From assembly GCA_041690135.1 (NCBI GenBank), contig JAWLHY010000007.1, forward strand, positions 359,261 to 423,260: a stretch of 64,000 bases of DNA. The letters run 5' to 3'. The notes beneath the pieces were generated by a model that was given only the letters and a program-made list of their open reading frames with translations, was not told where the DNA came from and searched no databases. This DNA comes from Armatimonadota bacterium (lineage in GTDB: Bacteria; Armatimonadota; SYMT01). This document shows positions 9,838 through 19,049 of this stretch, one piece after another; positions within the stretch are counted from its first letter, which is position 1; each line of letters begins with the position of its first letter. The position numbers and the translations under genes are program-made.

Positions 9838-10264
9838 CTATCTCGTTCTCCTCTGCGCTCGCTTCCGGTAATGCGAGATCAAGCTCCGCTCGCACTTCCG
9901 ATGGCATCAGCAGTGCGAGATCGTGGATCCGTCGGACCCGCTTATGCAGGAGCATGACCCCACGACCGATATGCGCGCGGAAGTAGAGCCCTAACGTATC
10001 GTCATCGGTAGGCAATCCATCTTGTTCGCACCGAACCTTGATCAGCGCGACAAACATTCGGTCCCAATGCCCGGTAAGCACCGGACGCTCGATCTCTCGC
10101 TCCGACGTGGGCGGGTAGTGGGCGGGGTTCGGAAGGGTTGGGTCTTCCAGCGAGAGACAGAACGCGATCCGGCAGAGAATATTTGGCGTGAGGCCGGTCT
10201 TGGCTTTGAGGCTGGAGAGATTCTTTGACGTCTCTTCGCTTACCTTTAGACGATTGAGTTTCAT
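9815..10264 (-). CDS. dndE: DNA sulfur modification protein DndE
   Basis: MKLNRLKVSEETSKNLSSLKAKTGLTPNILCRIAFCLSL...FRAHIGRG, located between dndD and dndA. Confidence 0.9.
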   Translation of the reverse strand: MKLNRLKVSEETSKNLSSLKAKTGLTPNILCRIAFCLSLEDPTLPNPAHYPPTSEREIERPVLTGHWDRMFVALIKVRCEQDGLPTDDDTLGLYFRAHIGRGVMLLHKRVRRIHDLALLMPSEVRAELDLALPEASAEENEIDGGHDEA

Positions 10265-12312
10265 CCGACGAGGTCCAGCTCAGGAGTCAACTTGGGGGTA
10301 GGCGCCGGTTCCTCAAGGTGCACGAACGTTCCCCCAGTCTCCAGGTTGTATTCCAGGTCGTAGGTTCGCGCTAGGAGGGGTTCGAGGCTTTGAGCGATCA
10401 TCGCGTCTGCTTCGGCATCGGTTGCGAGAAGAACGGTCTGCTGACTAACGCGGGGGAAGAACTGTTCGACCATCGCTTCTCGATGGTCAGCATCTAGCCT
10501 GGCCACGGGTGTATCCGTTATAACGGGGATAGGCAGTCGGGAAACATCCCGCATAGCCCAGAGAGTTGCTGTGGCGAGCAGTTGCCGTTCCCCGGCGGAC
10601 AGTGAAGCTCGGTCGAAAGGCCGTCCATACCGGTAAAGCGTAAGTGCGAATGTACTTGGATCGATCACGACGTCTGTAACAAACCCCGGCTTGCGGCACA
10701 ATTCTTCGAACCGCAGGGTTATTGCCCGTTGAAGTAGCGTCAGCTTGTGTTGGAGGAGTTGCTCGCCATACTGTTCCAGCACTCGTTGTGTTTTGAGGAC
10801 CAGGTCGACGCGACGGTGCCCCTTGTTCGCATCGTCCAGCCGTTGGCGAACGGCTTTTAGGCGCCAGCCAGATTGCCGGTGTTCGAACTCTTGCTTGCGC
10901 CTCTGCTCCTCCAGTGCTTCCTTCTGGGCGTAGATTTCCCCGAGTCGATGATGAAGACTATTCAGGTCCCTGATGATCGGGGCCAAGGTCTCCTGTGAAG
11001 GGATCTCCGCTAGACGGTGCTCCACATCCACCATTTCTCTTTCGAGGCGTGTAAGCTCAGCAGTGGCCTGACAGAACTGCCGGGGAATGTTCGTCTGGCT
11101 ATCCTCTGCCCACGACGTGAGAAGCGCTTTATCGTGGCTGGAAGCGTGGAGAAGCAGATTTCGGGTACCATTGGACCCACAGGCGAAGTCCTGCAGCAAG
11201 CGGTCTCGGAGAACTGCCGCAACGCGTGTACTGGCTTCAGCGCTTGGTGCAGTTGCAATGCCGTTCCAAAGAGCAGGGTTAGCGAGTTCCTGTGCCAGCA
11301 GGGCTTCTGCACGCGTGGCCAACTCGCGAACGAGTTGGGATTGCTGCAGTTGGCTTTCTTGTTCCAATCGCTGTACGATCAACTGACAGTACTTGGGCGA
11401 GACGGCGAACGGCAACAAACCTGATGCAAGTTCGTGAATGTTGATGCGTTGCCTGTCGATCTCTCCCCGAAGCCGATCAGCCTGTCGCCGGAGTTCACCA
11501 AGGTGATAGGCGAATCCGTGCCCTTCTTGTGCAAGACGCTGCTCTTGGTGTGCGATGCTTCCCTTCAACAGTGCCAGGCGTTCATTGGTATCGACGAGTT
11601 CCGCCTCTGTGTTTCGTAATCTGTCTGCAAGACGGTCGACTTCGGCAGCGGCATCCTCCAGCTCTCGACTGAACTCTTTGCTGCTGCCATCCAAGCTACG
11701 GGATAGATAGACGTCCAGATCGCCTTGGAGGCGGTGTACCAGATCTAATCCCAAGAGGGAGTGCACCATCTCCGCCAACAGACTGCTGCTCGAGGCATCC
11801 GCGGACAGGGCGTCGAGCTTCTCATTGTCCAACAAGAAGAGTTCGCTTACACAGACCGGCACTAGTTCGCGCAGGAATGCTTCCTTCTGGTCGGCATTTA
11901 AGTCGTCGAGTAAGTGGTAATCCTCGGAGACCTCTAGTTTCTCAACAACTCCGGACGACCCGCGTTTCCACGAACGTCTGATCTCATAGTGAAACTTACG
12001 TCCAGAAAGAACATATTCTAATGCCATGGCCACGCCCGCCTCAGTTGGCTCTTGAAGGCCTGGCGCTGGACGGTGAATACGGGCTTCCAGGTGCTTCTCG
12101 TACTCATCTCGGCTCACACTGCTGCCCAGAGCCAATCTCCCGTGAAGACAGAGGCGGACGGCCTCTAGCAGGGTAGTCTTACCAACGCCGTTCTTTCCCG
12201 TGATCAGCACCAATGGACGTTGGTAATGTCCGTCGGACGAAGGCTTTAGGTTGAAATTCTGAAATCCTGCGTAGGGTCCGAAATTGCGTATCCGGAGCTG
12301 TTTGATGATCAT
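10261..12312 (-). CDS. dndD: DNA sulfur modification ATPase DndD
   Basis: NFGPYAG, Walker A GKNGVGKTT, coiled coil, LSAGERQ, VITDTPVARLD..HR and SQQTVLLATD. Confidence 0.92.
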   Translation of the reverse strand: MIIKQLRIRNFGPYAGFQNFNLKPSSDGHYQRPLVLITGKNGVGKTTLLEAVRLCLHGRLALGSSVSRDEYEKHLEARIHRPAPGLQEPTEAGVAMALEYVLSGRKFHYEIRRSWKRGSSGVVEKLEVSEDYHLLDDLNADQKEAFLRELVPVCVSELFLLDNEKLDALSADASSSSLLAEMVHSLLGLDLVHRLQGDLDVYLSRSLDGSSKEFSRELEDAAAEVDRLADRLRNTEAELVDTNERLALLKGSIAHQEQRLAQEGHGFAYHLGELRRQADRLRGEIDRQRINIHELASGLLPFAVSPKYCQLIVQRLEQESQLQQSQLVRELATRAEALLAQELANPALWNGIATAPSAEASTRVAAVLRDRLLQDFACGSNGTRNLLLHASSHDKALLTSWAEDSQTNIPRQFCQATAELTRLEREMVDVEHRLAEIPSQETLAPIIRDLNSLHHRLGEIYAQKEALEEQRRKQEFEHRQSGWRLKAVRQRLDDANKGHRRVDLVLKTQRVLEQYGEQLLQHKLTLLQRAITLRFEELCRKPGFVTDVVIDPSTFALTLYRYGRPFDRASLSAGERQLLATATLWAMRDVSRLPIPVITDTPVARLDADHREAMVEQFFPRVSQQTVLLATDAEADAMIAQSLEPLLARTYDLEYNLETGGTFVHLEEPAPTPKLTPELDLVG

Positions 12313-13754
12313 ACAGATTCACCATCCGCCATTGGGAACAGTGTCCCGTTTCCGTTCCTCTCCTGTTCGTGCTCTTCTAGTGCTTGCTCCAGGGTGCGCC
12401 AGTCTTGTCGCAGGACACGGTCGATTGTCTTGTGGATTGTGGCTCGGCGGCGCATGCCGAGATGTGCTCGCTCGGCATCCAGCAGTTGCTGAACTAGGCG
12501 GACGGGCGTCTCGTGTGCCTCTGCAATCTGCGTAAGCAAGTGGGCTTCCTCTCGCCCGGGAGTACTCACATCATCTGCCTCGAAGTGTAGTTGCTTACCC
12601 AGTGCTTCGGCATAGATGCCAGGCAACGCATCTTCCCAATCCTGCCGTTCCGTCACCCAGATATGGCGTATCTCACGCAGTTCATCTTCCTCAATCAGCA
12701 TGAAGGAAGGGTCGTGTTCCCACACCTCCCGTTGGGCGCGGAGCAGTCGCCGCAGGATGGTTTGACAGAACGCCAAAGTGTAGGTCCGATAGCGAACCCG
12801 ACCATCGTCGGTGATTTTGATACGGCCGTCTCGGCTCCTATATTCGCGGTCGATGTGCTTCTGGTCGGAAGACTGAGTAGCCGCCAGCCAGTCGCGAAAG
12901 TTTAGAAGTGGCTCCAACCACTCTTCCCCAGAGTCAATCATCGCCTGCATCGAACGATCGCGCGCGACGACCGTGCAGGTCCAACAGCCAAAGCGACTGT
13001 TTCCGCAAGAGGGGGTGCTCTTGTCAATCACTAGAGGGCACTCACCGGACTGCGCCGAGCGGTAGAGGGCAGCCAGGCTCGTATTGTCTCCTCCCCACGG
13101 CGATGGAACCTGGAGAAGATACTTCCAGACATCGTCCGCGGAGAAGTGCTCGACAGGCATGAAGACCCAGGCGCCGGGAAGCTGACCGTGCCGCGCAAGG
13201 TCATGCCCTTTTACTTCATGAAGGTTGATTACCTGATCCCGAGAGGCGCTCTCGCCACGGCGGGTGCCAAGTACCAGAATGACGTCACCATGCTTTGCCA
13301 CCTGTTCTAGGATGAACCGATTCGAAGGCTGGATCTTCAAGCGATCGGTACACCAGCGAAAGTTGTTGCCCGGCGCTGGATAACCTCGTCCGATCAAGTT
13401 CACCCAGAAGGTGTCCTGTAGCCGCGGTTTGAGCTTGTGGGTGGAAAACGGCAATCCTCTTGACGCAGCCGCATCGCTCAGCTGCCGGAGAGTCGTGTTG
13501 ATGTAGTCCACAATTACTGGTGTTTCCACCAGTGTATCCGTCGAGATGACGTAAATAGGCTTGGTTAACTGGTCAGGTGGCAGGTCCGCAAGCGCGTACC
13601 AGACCAACTGCAAGACGGTGGTCGAGTCCTTGCCGCCACTGTATCCAATCACCCAGGGATGGGGGTAACGTTGATAAATCGCCCGAATGTGTGCGTAGGC
13701 CGCTTCAATAGGATTGGCGGGAGCTTCTCGGGGTTCTTCGAATAGCATTCTCAT
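12309..13754 (-). CDS. dndC: DNA phosphorothioation sulfurtransferase DndC (PAPS-reductase fold)
   Basis: PWVIGYSGGKDST, DTLVETP, FWVNLIGRGYPAP, FRWCTDRLKI and Fe-S Cys cluster ECP...SCGNSRFGCWTC. Confidence 0.96.
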   Translation of the reverse strand: MRMLFEEPREAPANPIEAAYAHIRAIYQRYPHPWVIGYSGGKDSTTVLQLVWYALADLPPDQLTKPIYVISTDTLVETPVIVDYINTTLRQLSDAAASRGLPFSTHKLKPRLQDTFWVNLIGRGYPAPGNNFRWCTDRLKIQPSNRFILEQVAKHGDVILVLGTRRGESASRDQVINLHEVKGHDLARHGQLPGAWVFMPVEHFSADDVWKYLLQVPSPWGGDNTSLAALYRSAQSGECPLVIDKSTPSCGNSRFGCWTCTVVARDRSMQAMIDSGEEWLEPLLNFRDWLAATQSSDQKHIDREYRSRDGRIKITDDGRVRYRTYTLAFCQTILRRLLRAQREVWEHDPSFMLIEEDELREIRHIWVTERQDWEDALPGIYAEALGKQLHFEADDVSTPGREEAHLLTQIAEAHETPVRLVQQLLDAERAHLGMRRRATIHKTIDRVLRQDWRTLEQALEEHEQERNGNGTLFPMADGESV

Positions 13755-14845
13755 CGGCTGATCGCGGCGGTTCGTCTAGAGGAACGGGTCGATCGAGGCT
13801 GGGTATCTTTGGCTTCGAGGACGCTCCAGAGGTAATCAGTGGTCTGTTGCAGGTTGCGTCGGGATCTGCTCATTTGCCCGCCAACCATCGCGCAATCCCA
13901 GACGACAGTATTAGAACGGCACCAGTTCACGTCGGAAAGTGCGGTGATCCGCCTCCGCCATTCGGTGGGGTATTTCTTTAGCAACCGGTGGCCGGCAAGA
14001 CCGATAGCGTGCAGAACCACGGTATGGACGTTGACATACTCACGTCGCAGGTCACAACTTCGAACCTCCCGCGCAGCGGCCTGCCGCCACTGGGGGATGG
14101 TATCACTCAGCAAGCACCAAAACTCGTGGGCGAGTAGACATTCCTCTGCCGACACAGCGTCGGACTCTCGCTTCCCCAGAAGAGCAGCGCTTGCCTGAAA
14201 GAGTCCATTCAGCGTGAAGAGCTTGGTCGAACGATTGGAGATCGTAGTCCGTTCGAGTTCGGTGAGACCACTGAAGCACGGGACCTCCTCTGCCAGTTTC
14301 CTCGCCAAAACGGATAGAGGCGACCGATTGTCATAGAGTACGTCCAGAGACTTGGTGGGCCGCACAGCGTGCTTGTTGAGGTCGGCAAAGAGTTGTTGAC
14401 TCCGATTCAAGCCCGCGTCGAGATAGAAGACCACCGCGATGGTCTCGTTACCCAGATCCGGTTGTTCCTTGAGGGCGGCTTCGATCCCGGCTCGCCGATG
14501 CTGTCCATCGTTGATCACAAAGCGTGCGGACATTGGGACTACAAGAGTGCCGACGTCGTGTTCTTCGCTCCCGACCACAAGCGGCTTGAAGACGACCTCA
14601 CCGTCGATGGATGCGGTGATGGCCGAGAAGGCGTATCCGTTCCGATTCTCCAAGATGTAGCGGCGGATCTCCGGGATCCTGGCTGAATTCAAGACGCGCT
14701 GGGCTCGTAACTGAGGTGGGATCTCAGCTTCATCAAAAAGAAAAATGCGCGGCAAGAGCCGGAGCGGACACATCGCCACAAAATAGGGCTGGCCTGCCTG
14801 GATGCCCCTTAGCGCGGGGAATGTGTACGTGTATCCTGGTGCCAA
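13751..14845 (-). CDS. dndB: DNA sulfur modification regulator DndB (DGQHR domain)
   Basis: YTFPALRGIQAG, RAQRVLN..RIPEI, INDGQHRRA and QQLFADLN. Probable TTG start at 14845 (track start 14902). Confidence 0.93.
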   Translation of the reverse strand: MAPGYTYTFPALRGIQAGQPYFVAMCPLRLLPRIFLFDEAEIPPQLRAQRVLNSARIPEIRRYILENRNGYAFSAITASIDGEVVFKPLVVGSEEHDVGTLVVPMSARFVINDGQHRRAGIEAALKEQPDLGNETIAVVFYLDAGLNRSQQLFADLNKHAVRPTKSLDVLYDNRSPLSVLARKLAEEVPCFSGLTELERTTISNRSTKLFTLNGLFQASAALLGKRESDAVSAEECLLAHEFWCLLSDTIPQWRQAAAREVRSCDLRREYVNVHTVVLHAIGLAGHRLLKKYPTEWRRRITALSDVNWCRSNTVVWDCAMVGGQMSRSRRNLQQTTDYLWSVLEAKDTQPRSTRSSRRTAAISR

Positions 14846-14945
14846 GTGCGAAGTCCTTCCGACAGAGGGAAGTATATCCTTGCTCGTTGGAAGTATATAC
14901 AAGCCCGCCGAGGATGGCTACCGTCGCCAGTGGCAAAAATGCCCA

Positions 14946-15746
14946 TCAGTGTGATGTCGGCGCGGTCTGTTGGTTCCAGGGTGGGGTCAACGCCGCAATC
15001 AAGCGGCTCTCCAGGTCGCCGGGGTCCGGAATCCCGCAGAACCACAGGTCGAGATAACGCTCCGCCTCGGCTAGCTTCAGGATCTCGCCATTGATCCTGC
15101 AATTCGTGGTCTGCCCGCCCTGGTAGCAATTCCGCGGAGAGATCTGCCCATAGCCCAGGTTGAATCGTTGGGCGAGGTCCTGACAGCGGCCGACGTAGCG
15201 GGTCTCCATTCCTTCGGCCAGGAGATATACCCCTTCATGGTTGAGGTGAGCCGGAATCCGGAACCGGCAGAAGGGTCCCGCGCCATGCCGGTGCAACTCC
15301 GTGGTGTCGGCCGCACCCTCCCGGTGCGGATAGTGCCGCCGAACCTTTCCCGTCGCATCGCACTCCGGCTGGATCCGCGTAATCCGGCAGAAGGTATGTC
15401 TCAAGAGAATCCATCCGTCGTCGGTCAACGCAACGGGCGTGGCGCCGGGATCCTGGCCGGTCGGCTTCGGAACGATTGCTTTGCCGGTTTGCTGGGGAGG
15501 TCGCGTGTTGGCCACGGTGGGCGCGGGGCGGGCGGTGCCGACAGCCGGCCAGTTCACCAGCTTGTGCCCGCCGCATCGGTCGCAGGCTGCCTCCCCACGA
15601 CCGATCTTCGCCTGGTTGTGTAGCCCTCTGCAGGTAGAGTTGGCGTGCTGGCGCTGGGAGAGGTTTGCGAGCGTAGCCAGGCAGTCGTCGCACAAGGGAC
15701 CCGGAGCCTGGGCGAGCAGTGTGAGAATGCGGGTAGGAACGGTCAC
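14946..15746 (-). CDS. Putative Zn-finger + GIY-YIG nuclease
   Basis: N-terminal CDDC..HxxxxC..CDRC, a Pro/Thr-rich linker, then GVYLL...YVGRCQDLAQRF...ISPRNCYQGGQTTNCRIN...LESRLI...PPWN. GGAGG RBS, and it starts 1 nt after the upstream stop. Confidence 0.7.
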   Translation of the reverse strand: MTVPTRILTLLAQAPGPLCDDCLATLANLSQRQHANSTCRGLHNQAKIGRGEAACDRCGGHKLVNWPAVGTARPAPTVANTRPPQQTGKAIVPKPTGQDPGATPVALTDDGWILLRHTFCRITRIQPECDATGKVRRHYPHREGAADTTELHRHGAGPFCRFRIPAHLNHEGVYLLAEGMETRYVGRCQDLAQRFNLGYGQISPRNCYQGGQTTNCRINGEILKLAEAERYLDLWFCGIPDPGDLESRLIAALTPPWNQQTAPTSH

Positions 15747-15747
15747 T

Positions 15748-16638
15748 TCAAGCCTCCACGGCCTTCAGGAGTTGGTCGGCGCTGATGCGATACTCGGCGC
15801 TGGCACCGTGCAACGTGTACGAGACGATCACGAGTTGCCCCGCGCTCGAATCCCAGGCGAGGTGAATGTCCTCTTCGTCACCGGCAAGAGGCTGCAGTTC
15901 AGCGGCTGGAACTGCGGCGAGCGACCTTGCTCCACTGCTACATTCCTCTGCCCGGGTTCCGTTGTGAGCGACGTGGCCGGGACACGCTACGGCCTGAAAT
16001 GCCTGCAAATCCTCGGCATCCAGATTGATCAACCGGCTCCGGGGTGTTTCACCTTCGCGCAGGACCAGTAGCCAATTTGTGGGAGGCGCGATGTACGTTG
16101 AGTAGCACTGATGGATGACGAAGAGGCCGGGCAGGGGGAGCGTAGCGCAGAGACCGGCGATTTCGTCCGTCTCCCACAACACCCGACGTGCGATGGCGTC
16201 CCAGAGATAACTGCAGTTGCCCTGCCCACTTGCCCAGGCGAAGCTGAATAGGACGGTCCTATCCCGGAAGGCCGCTGCGTACTCCTGGTACTCCCAAATA
16301 TCCCGCGCAAGCAAATCGAGGGACGTGAGCGTGTCGGCTGACCCGTCGTCGAACCCAATTTGAACTACAGGGAAGCATTCCAGGAGATTGCTGATGGGCT
16401 CGCTGGAGTACTCCCGGAAGAGGGTAAGGAACTCGCGGACGTCAACCTCGCTGTAGTCGCCGGCTCGAATCGCCTGTTCAAGTTCGGAAGGGGACGGCTC
16501 TGGAAAGGAGTTGGGGGTCCGGGTTACGAGGCTCCACAGTTCCGGGTCAGCGAGTGCCCTGGGCCCAAAGGTGGCGTTCAGCCGGGCGACATCGTAGCAA
16601 CCTTCGTTCAGCATGCGAACCGTACAAATCCGTTTCAT
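15748..16638 (-). CDS. Hypothetical protein (~296 aa)
   Basis: Long ORF with protein-like composition, coupled to the GIY-YIG gene. No family recognised. Start at 16638 or 16728. Confidence 0.6.
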   Translation of the reverse strand: MKRICTVRMLNEGCYDVARLNATFGPRALADPELWSLVTRTPNSFPEPSPSELEQAIRAGDYSEVDVREFLTLFREYSSEPISNLLECFPVVQIGFDDGSADTLTSLDLLARDIWEYQEYAAAFRDRTVLFSFAWASGQGNCSYLWDAIARRVLWETDEIAGLCATLPLPGLFVIHQCYSTYIAPPTNWLLVLREGETPRSRLINLDAEDLQAFQAVACPGHVAHNGTRAEECSSGARSLAAVPAAELQPLAGDEEDIHLAWDSSAGQLVIVSYTLHGASAEYRISADQLLKAVEA

Positions 16639-16808
16639 GGTCGCATTTGGGTCCTTCAGGGAAGCACTAACGGAGCGAGGGCAATTGGATTGCTTCGTGC
16701 CTTCGGAGAACACACAGGCAGGAAGCACCGTCGGTTCTCAGAGCCCGCCGGCTTACGAGGAAGGCCCGTTCATGCCGGCCCGCATATCTGCCTAATGATT
16801 CGCCTGTA

Positions 16809-16983
16809 CTAGGTATCCACTCCTTCGGCCAGGACCCGATACCTCCCGCTCAGCCCCAACAGACCCTCGTCAAAGGCCCAGTGGCACAATCGGCACAGGG
16901 CGATCCCATTGGTGGAGTGGTCGTTGTGGGAGGCGCTCCTGGGGATGATGTGAGCCGCATCGACCGCCGTGTGACCCTGTGTA
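16809..16983 (-). pseudogene. Fragment of an HNH restriction endonuclease (C-terminal HNH_2 domain)
   Basis: GHTAVDAAHIIPRSASHNDHSTNGIALCRLCHWAFDEGLL. It lacks an N-terminal part, abuts a tandem repeat and stops prematurely. Confidence 0.75.
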
Positions 16984-17373
16984 AGGATGAAGGCGGAAGG
17001 ATGAAGGATGAACCATGCCCCGGGCGTTGAGTGCAGACACTGGGGTGGTGTTGATACCCACCCCACACACTCTTGCTCGGCGGCCGATAGCGGGATCCCG
17101 GTGAACCGATAGTTGCAAGTCCAGGATCCCGGGGAAGGGACGGCCTAACCCTACGCTCTGCCGGGTGTACTCCGCCGCGCGTACGACCGTTCCCCTTTTC
17201 GCGTTTTCGTAATTTCGCGTTTTCGTGTTGGCCCGCGCAGCGCCCGCAGCAGCCTCCCGCGGTGCAGTAGGGTCACGGGAACCGAACCGGTCCGGCACCC
17301 ATCGAACAGGAACAGGCCTATCCCCGCTGCCCTGTGCCCATCCGTTCCATCCGTCCCATCCGTGTCATCCGTG
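16984..17373. repeat. Cluster of short tandem repeats (7-, 8- and 9-mers)
   Basis: (aggatga)-like units at 16984-17012, (ttttcgcg)-like x4 at 17196-17227 and (ccatccgtN)-like x4 at 17338-17373. Confidence 0.75.
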
Positions 17374-17541
17374 TCCACGCGTCGCCGGTGGGGTGTTCAC
17401 CGGCGCCAGTACGGGTTTGCCGGCGCTCATCCGGCCCAGAACGGGGCAAGCACAACGGTAGATAAACGAGATCGCAATGACGCAGACCACAACGGGCGTT
17501 ACTCGTGAGCAGCGTTGCTAACGAGTTGCCCTTCATGTGCC

Positions 17542-17577
17542 TACCGTCACCAACGGGCACGAGGCCCTCTGCTACCT
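17542..17577 (-). repeat. GTAG-headed REP-like palindrome (family A)
   Basis: Minus strand reads GTAGCAGAGGGC-CTCGT-GCCCGTTGGTGACGGTA. It is 32/36 identical to 63755-63790. Confidence 0.7.
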
Positions 17578-17625
17578 TCCTCTCCGTGTCCTACTCCGTG
17601 TCTCCCTGGTGAGTTCGGCTGGATG

Positions 17626-19038
17626 TTAGCTATGAATAGCGCGGCCATCCACCGCCAGGGCGGCTTCCTTCACCACCTCGGGCAGGGTGGGGTGGGCGTG
17701 GCACACGCGGGCCAGGTCCTCGCTGCTGGCGCCGAACTCGATCGCGGCCACGCACTCGGCGATCAGGTCACCGGCACGGGGACCGATGATATGGACCCCC
17801 AGGATCCGGTCCGTCTTCGCGTGGGCCAGGATCTTGGCGCGGCCTTCCGTGTGGCCGATGCTGCGGGCGCGGCCGTTGGCGCGGAAGTGGAACACCCCCT
17901 TGCGGTACTCCACGCCGGCTTCCTTTAGCTCCTCCTCCGTCTTGCCGACCGAGGCGATCTCCGGCTCGGTGTAGGCCACGCCGGGGATGGCGTCGTAGTT
18001 CACGTGGCCGTAGCCGGTCACCAGCCGCTCCACGCAGGCCACGCCCTCTTCCTCCGCCTTGTGGGCGAGCATCGGGCCGGCGATCACGTCGCCGATGGCG
18101 TAGATACCGGGGACGGAGGTGGCGTAGCCCGCGCCCACGGGGATGCGGCCCCGCGGGTCGAGCTGGATCCCCACGGTCTCCAGGCCCAGGCCATCGGTGC
18201 AGGGGGTGCGGCCCGCGGCGAGCAGCACGCGGTCGCACTGGATCGGGTCGCCGCCTTCATACTCCACCACGCAGCCCTCACCCTCGCGGCGGGCGGAAGT
18301 CACGCGGGTGCCCAGGCGGAACTCCAGCCCCTGCTGCTTGAACATCTTGAACGCCTCGTCGGCGATCTCGCGGTCCATGCCGGGCAGGATGCGGTCCAGG
18401 TATTCCAGCACCGTCACCTTCGCGCCCAGCCGCTGCCATACGGAGCCGAGCTCTAGGCCGATGTAGCCCGCCCCGATCACCACCAGGTGCTGCGGGACCT
18501 CCGGATAGGAGAGGGCCTCGGTGCTCGTGCCGATGCGGTCGTAGTCCACCTCCACGCCGCGGAGGCCGGCCGGCTGGCTGCCCGTGGCGATCAGGACATT
18601 CTTCGCCTGGAGCGCCGTCTCGCCGTCCTCCCCGGTCACGATCACCCGACCGGGACCATCGAGCCGGCCCACTCCCACGAACCGGGTGATCTTATTCTTC
18701 TTGAACAGCGAATCGACCCCGCGGGTCAGGTTCGTCACCACCTGGTCCTTGCGCGCCAGCATCGCGGGCAGATCCAGTTCCACCTGCCCCAGCCGGATGC
18801 CATGGGCGGCGAACTCGTGCTGGGCCTCCACGAACCGCTCGCTCGACTCCAGCAACGCCTTGCTGGGAATACAGCCGATCCGCAGGCAGGTGCCCCCGGA
18901 CGCGGTCTCCTTGTCAATGCACGCGACACTGAGGCCAAGCTGCGCCGCGCGGATGGCGGCCACGTAGCCGCCGGGTCCGGCACCGATCACAATCAGGTCG
19001 AAAGAGGTTTCAGGGTTCGGGTTCTGTGCGTTAGACAT
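17626..19038 (-). CDS. lpdA: Dihydrolipoyl dehydrogenase (E3)
   Basis: GAGPGGYVAAIRAAQLG, redox pair GGTCLRIGCIPSK and HAHPTL.E. Confidence 0.97.
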   Translation of the reverse strand: MSNAQNPNPETSFDLIVIGAGPGGYVAAIRAAQLGLSVACIDKETASGGTCLRIGCIPSKALLESSERFVEAQHEFAAHGIRLGQVELDLPAMLARKDQVVTNLTRGVDSLFKKNKITRFVGVGRLDGPGRVIVTGEDGETALQAKNVLIATGSQPAGLRGVEVDYDRIGTSTEALSYPEVPQHLVVIGAGYIGLELGSVWQRLGAKVTVLEYLDRILPGMDREIADEAFKMFKQQGLEFRLGTRVTSARREGEGCVVEYEGGDPIQCDRVLLAAGRTPCTDGLGLETVGIQLDPRGRIPVGAGYATSVPGIYAIGDVIAGPMLAHKAEEEGVACVERLVTGYGHVNYDAIPGVAYTEPEIASVGKTEEELKEAGVEYRKGVFHFRANGRARSIGHTEGRAKILAHAKTDRILGVHIIGPRAGDLIAECVAAIEFGASSEDLARVCHAHPTLPEVVKEAALAVDGRAIHS

Positions 19039-19049
19039 GGGGCGTTCCG

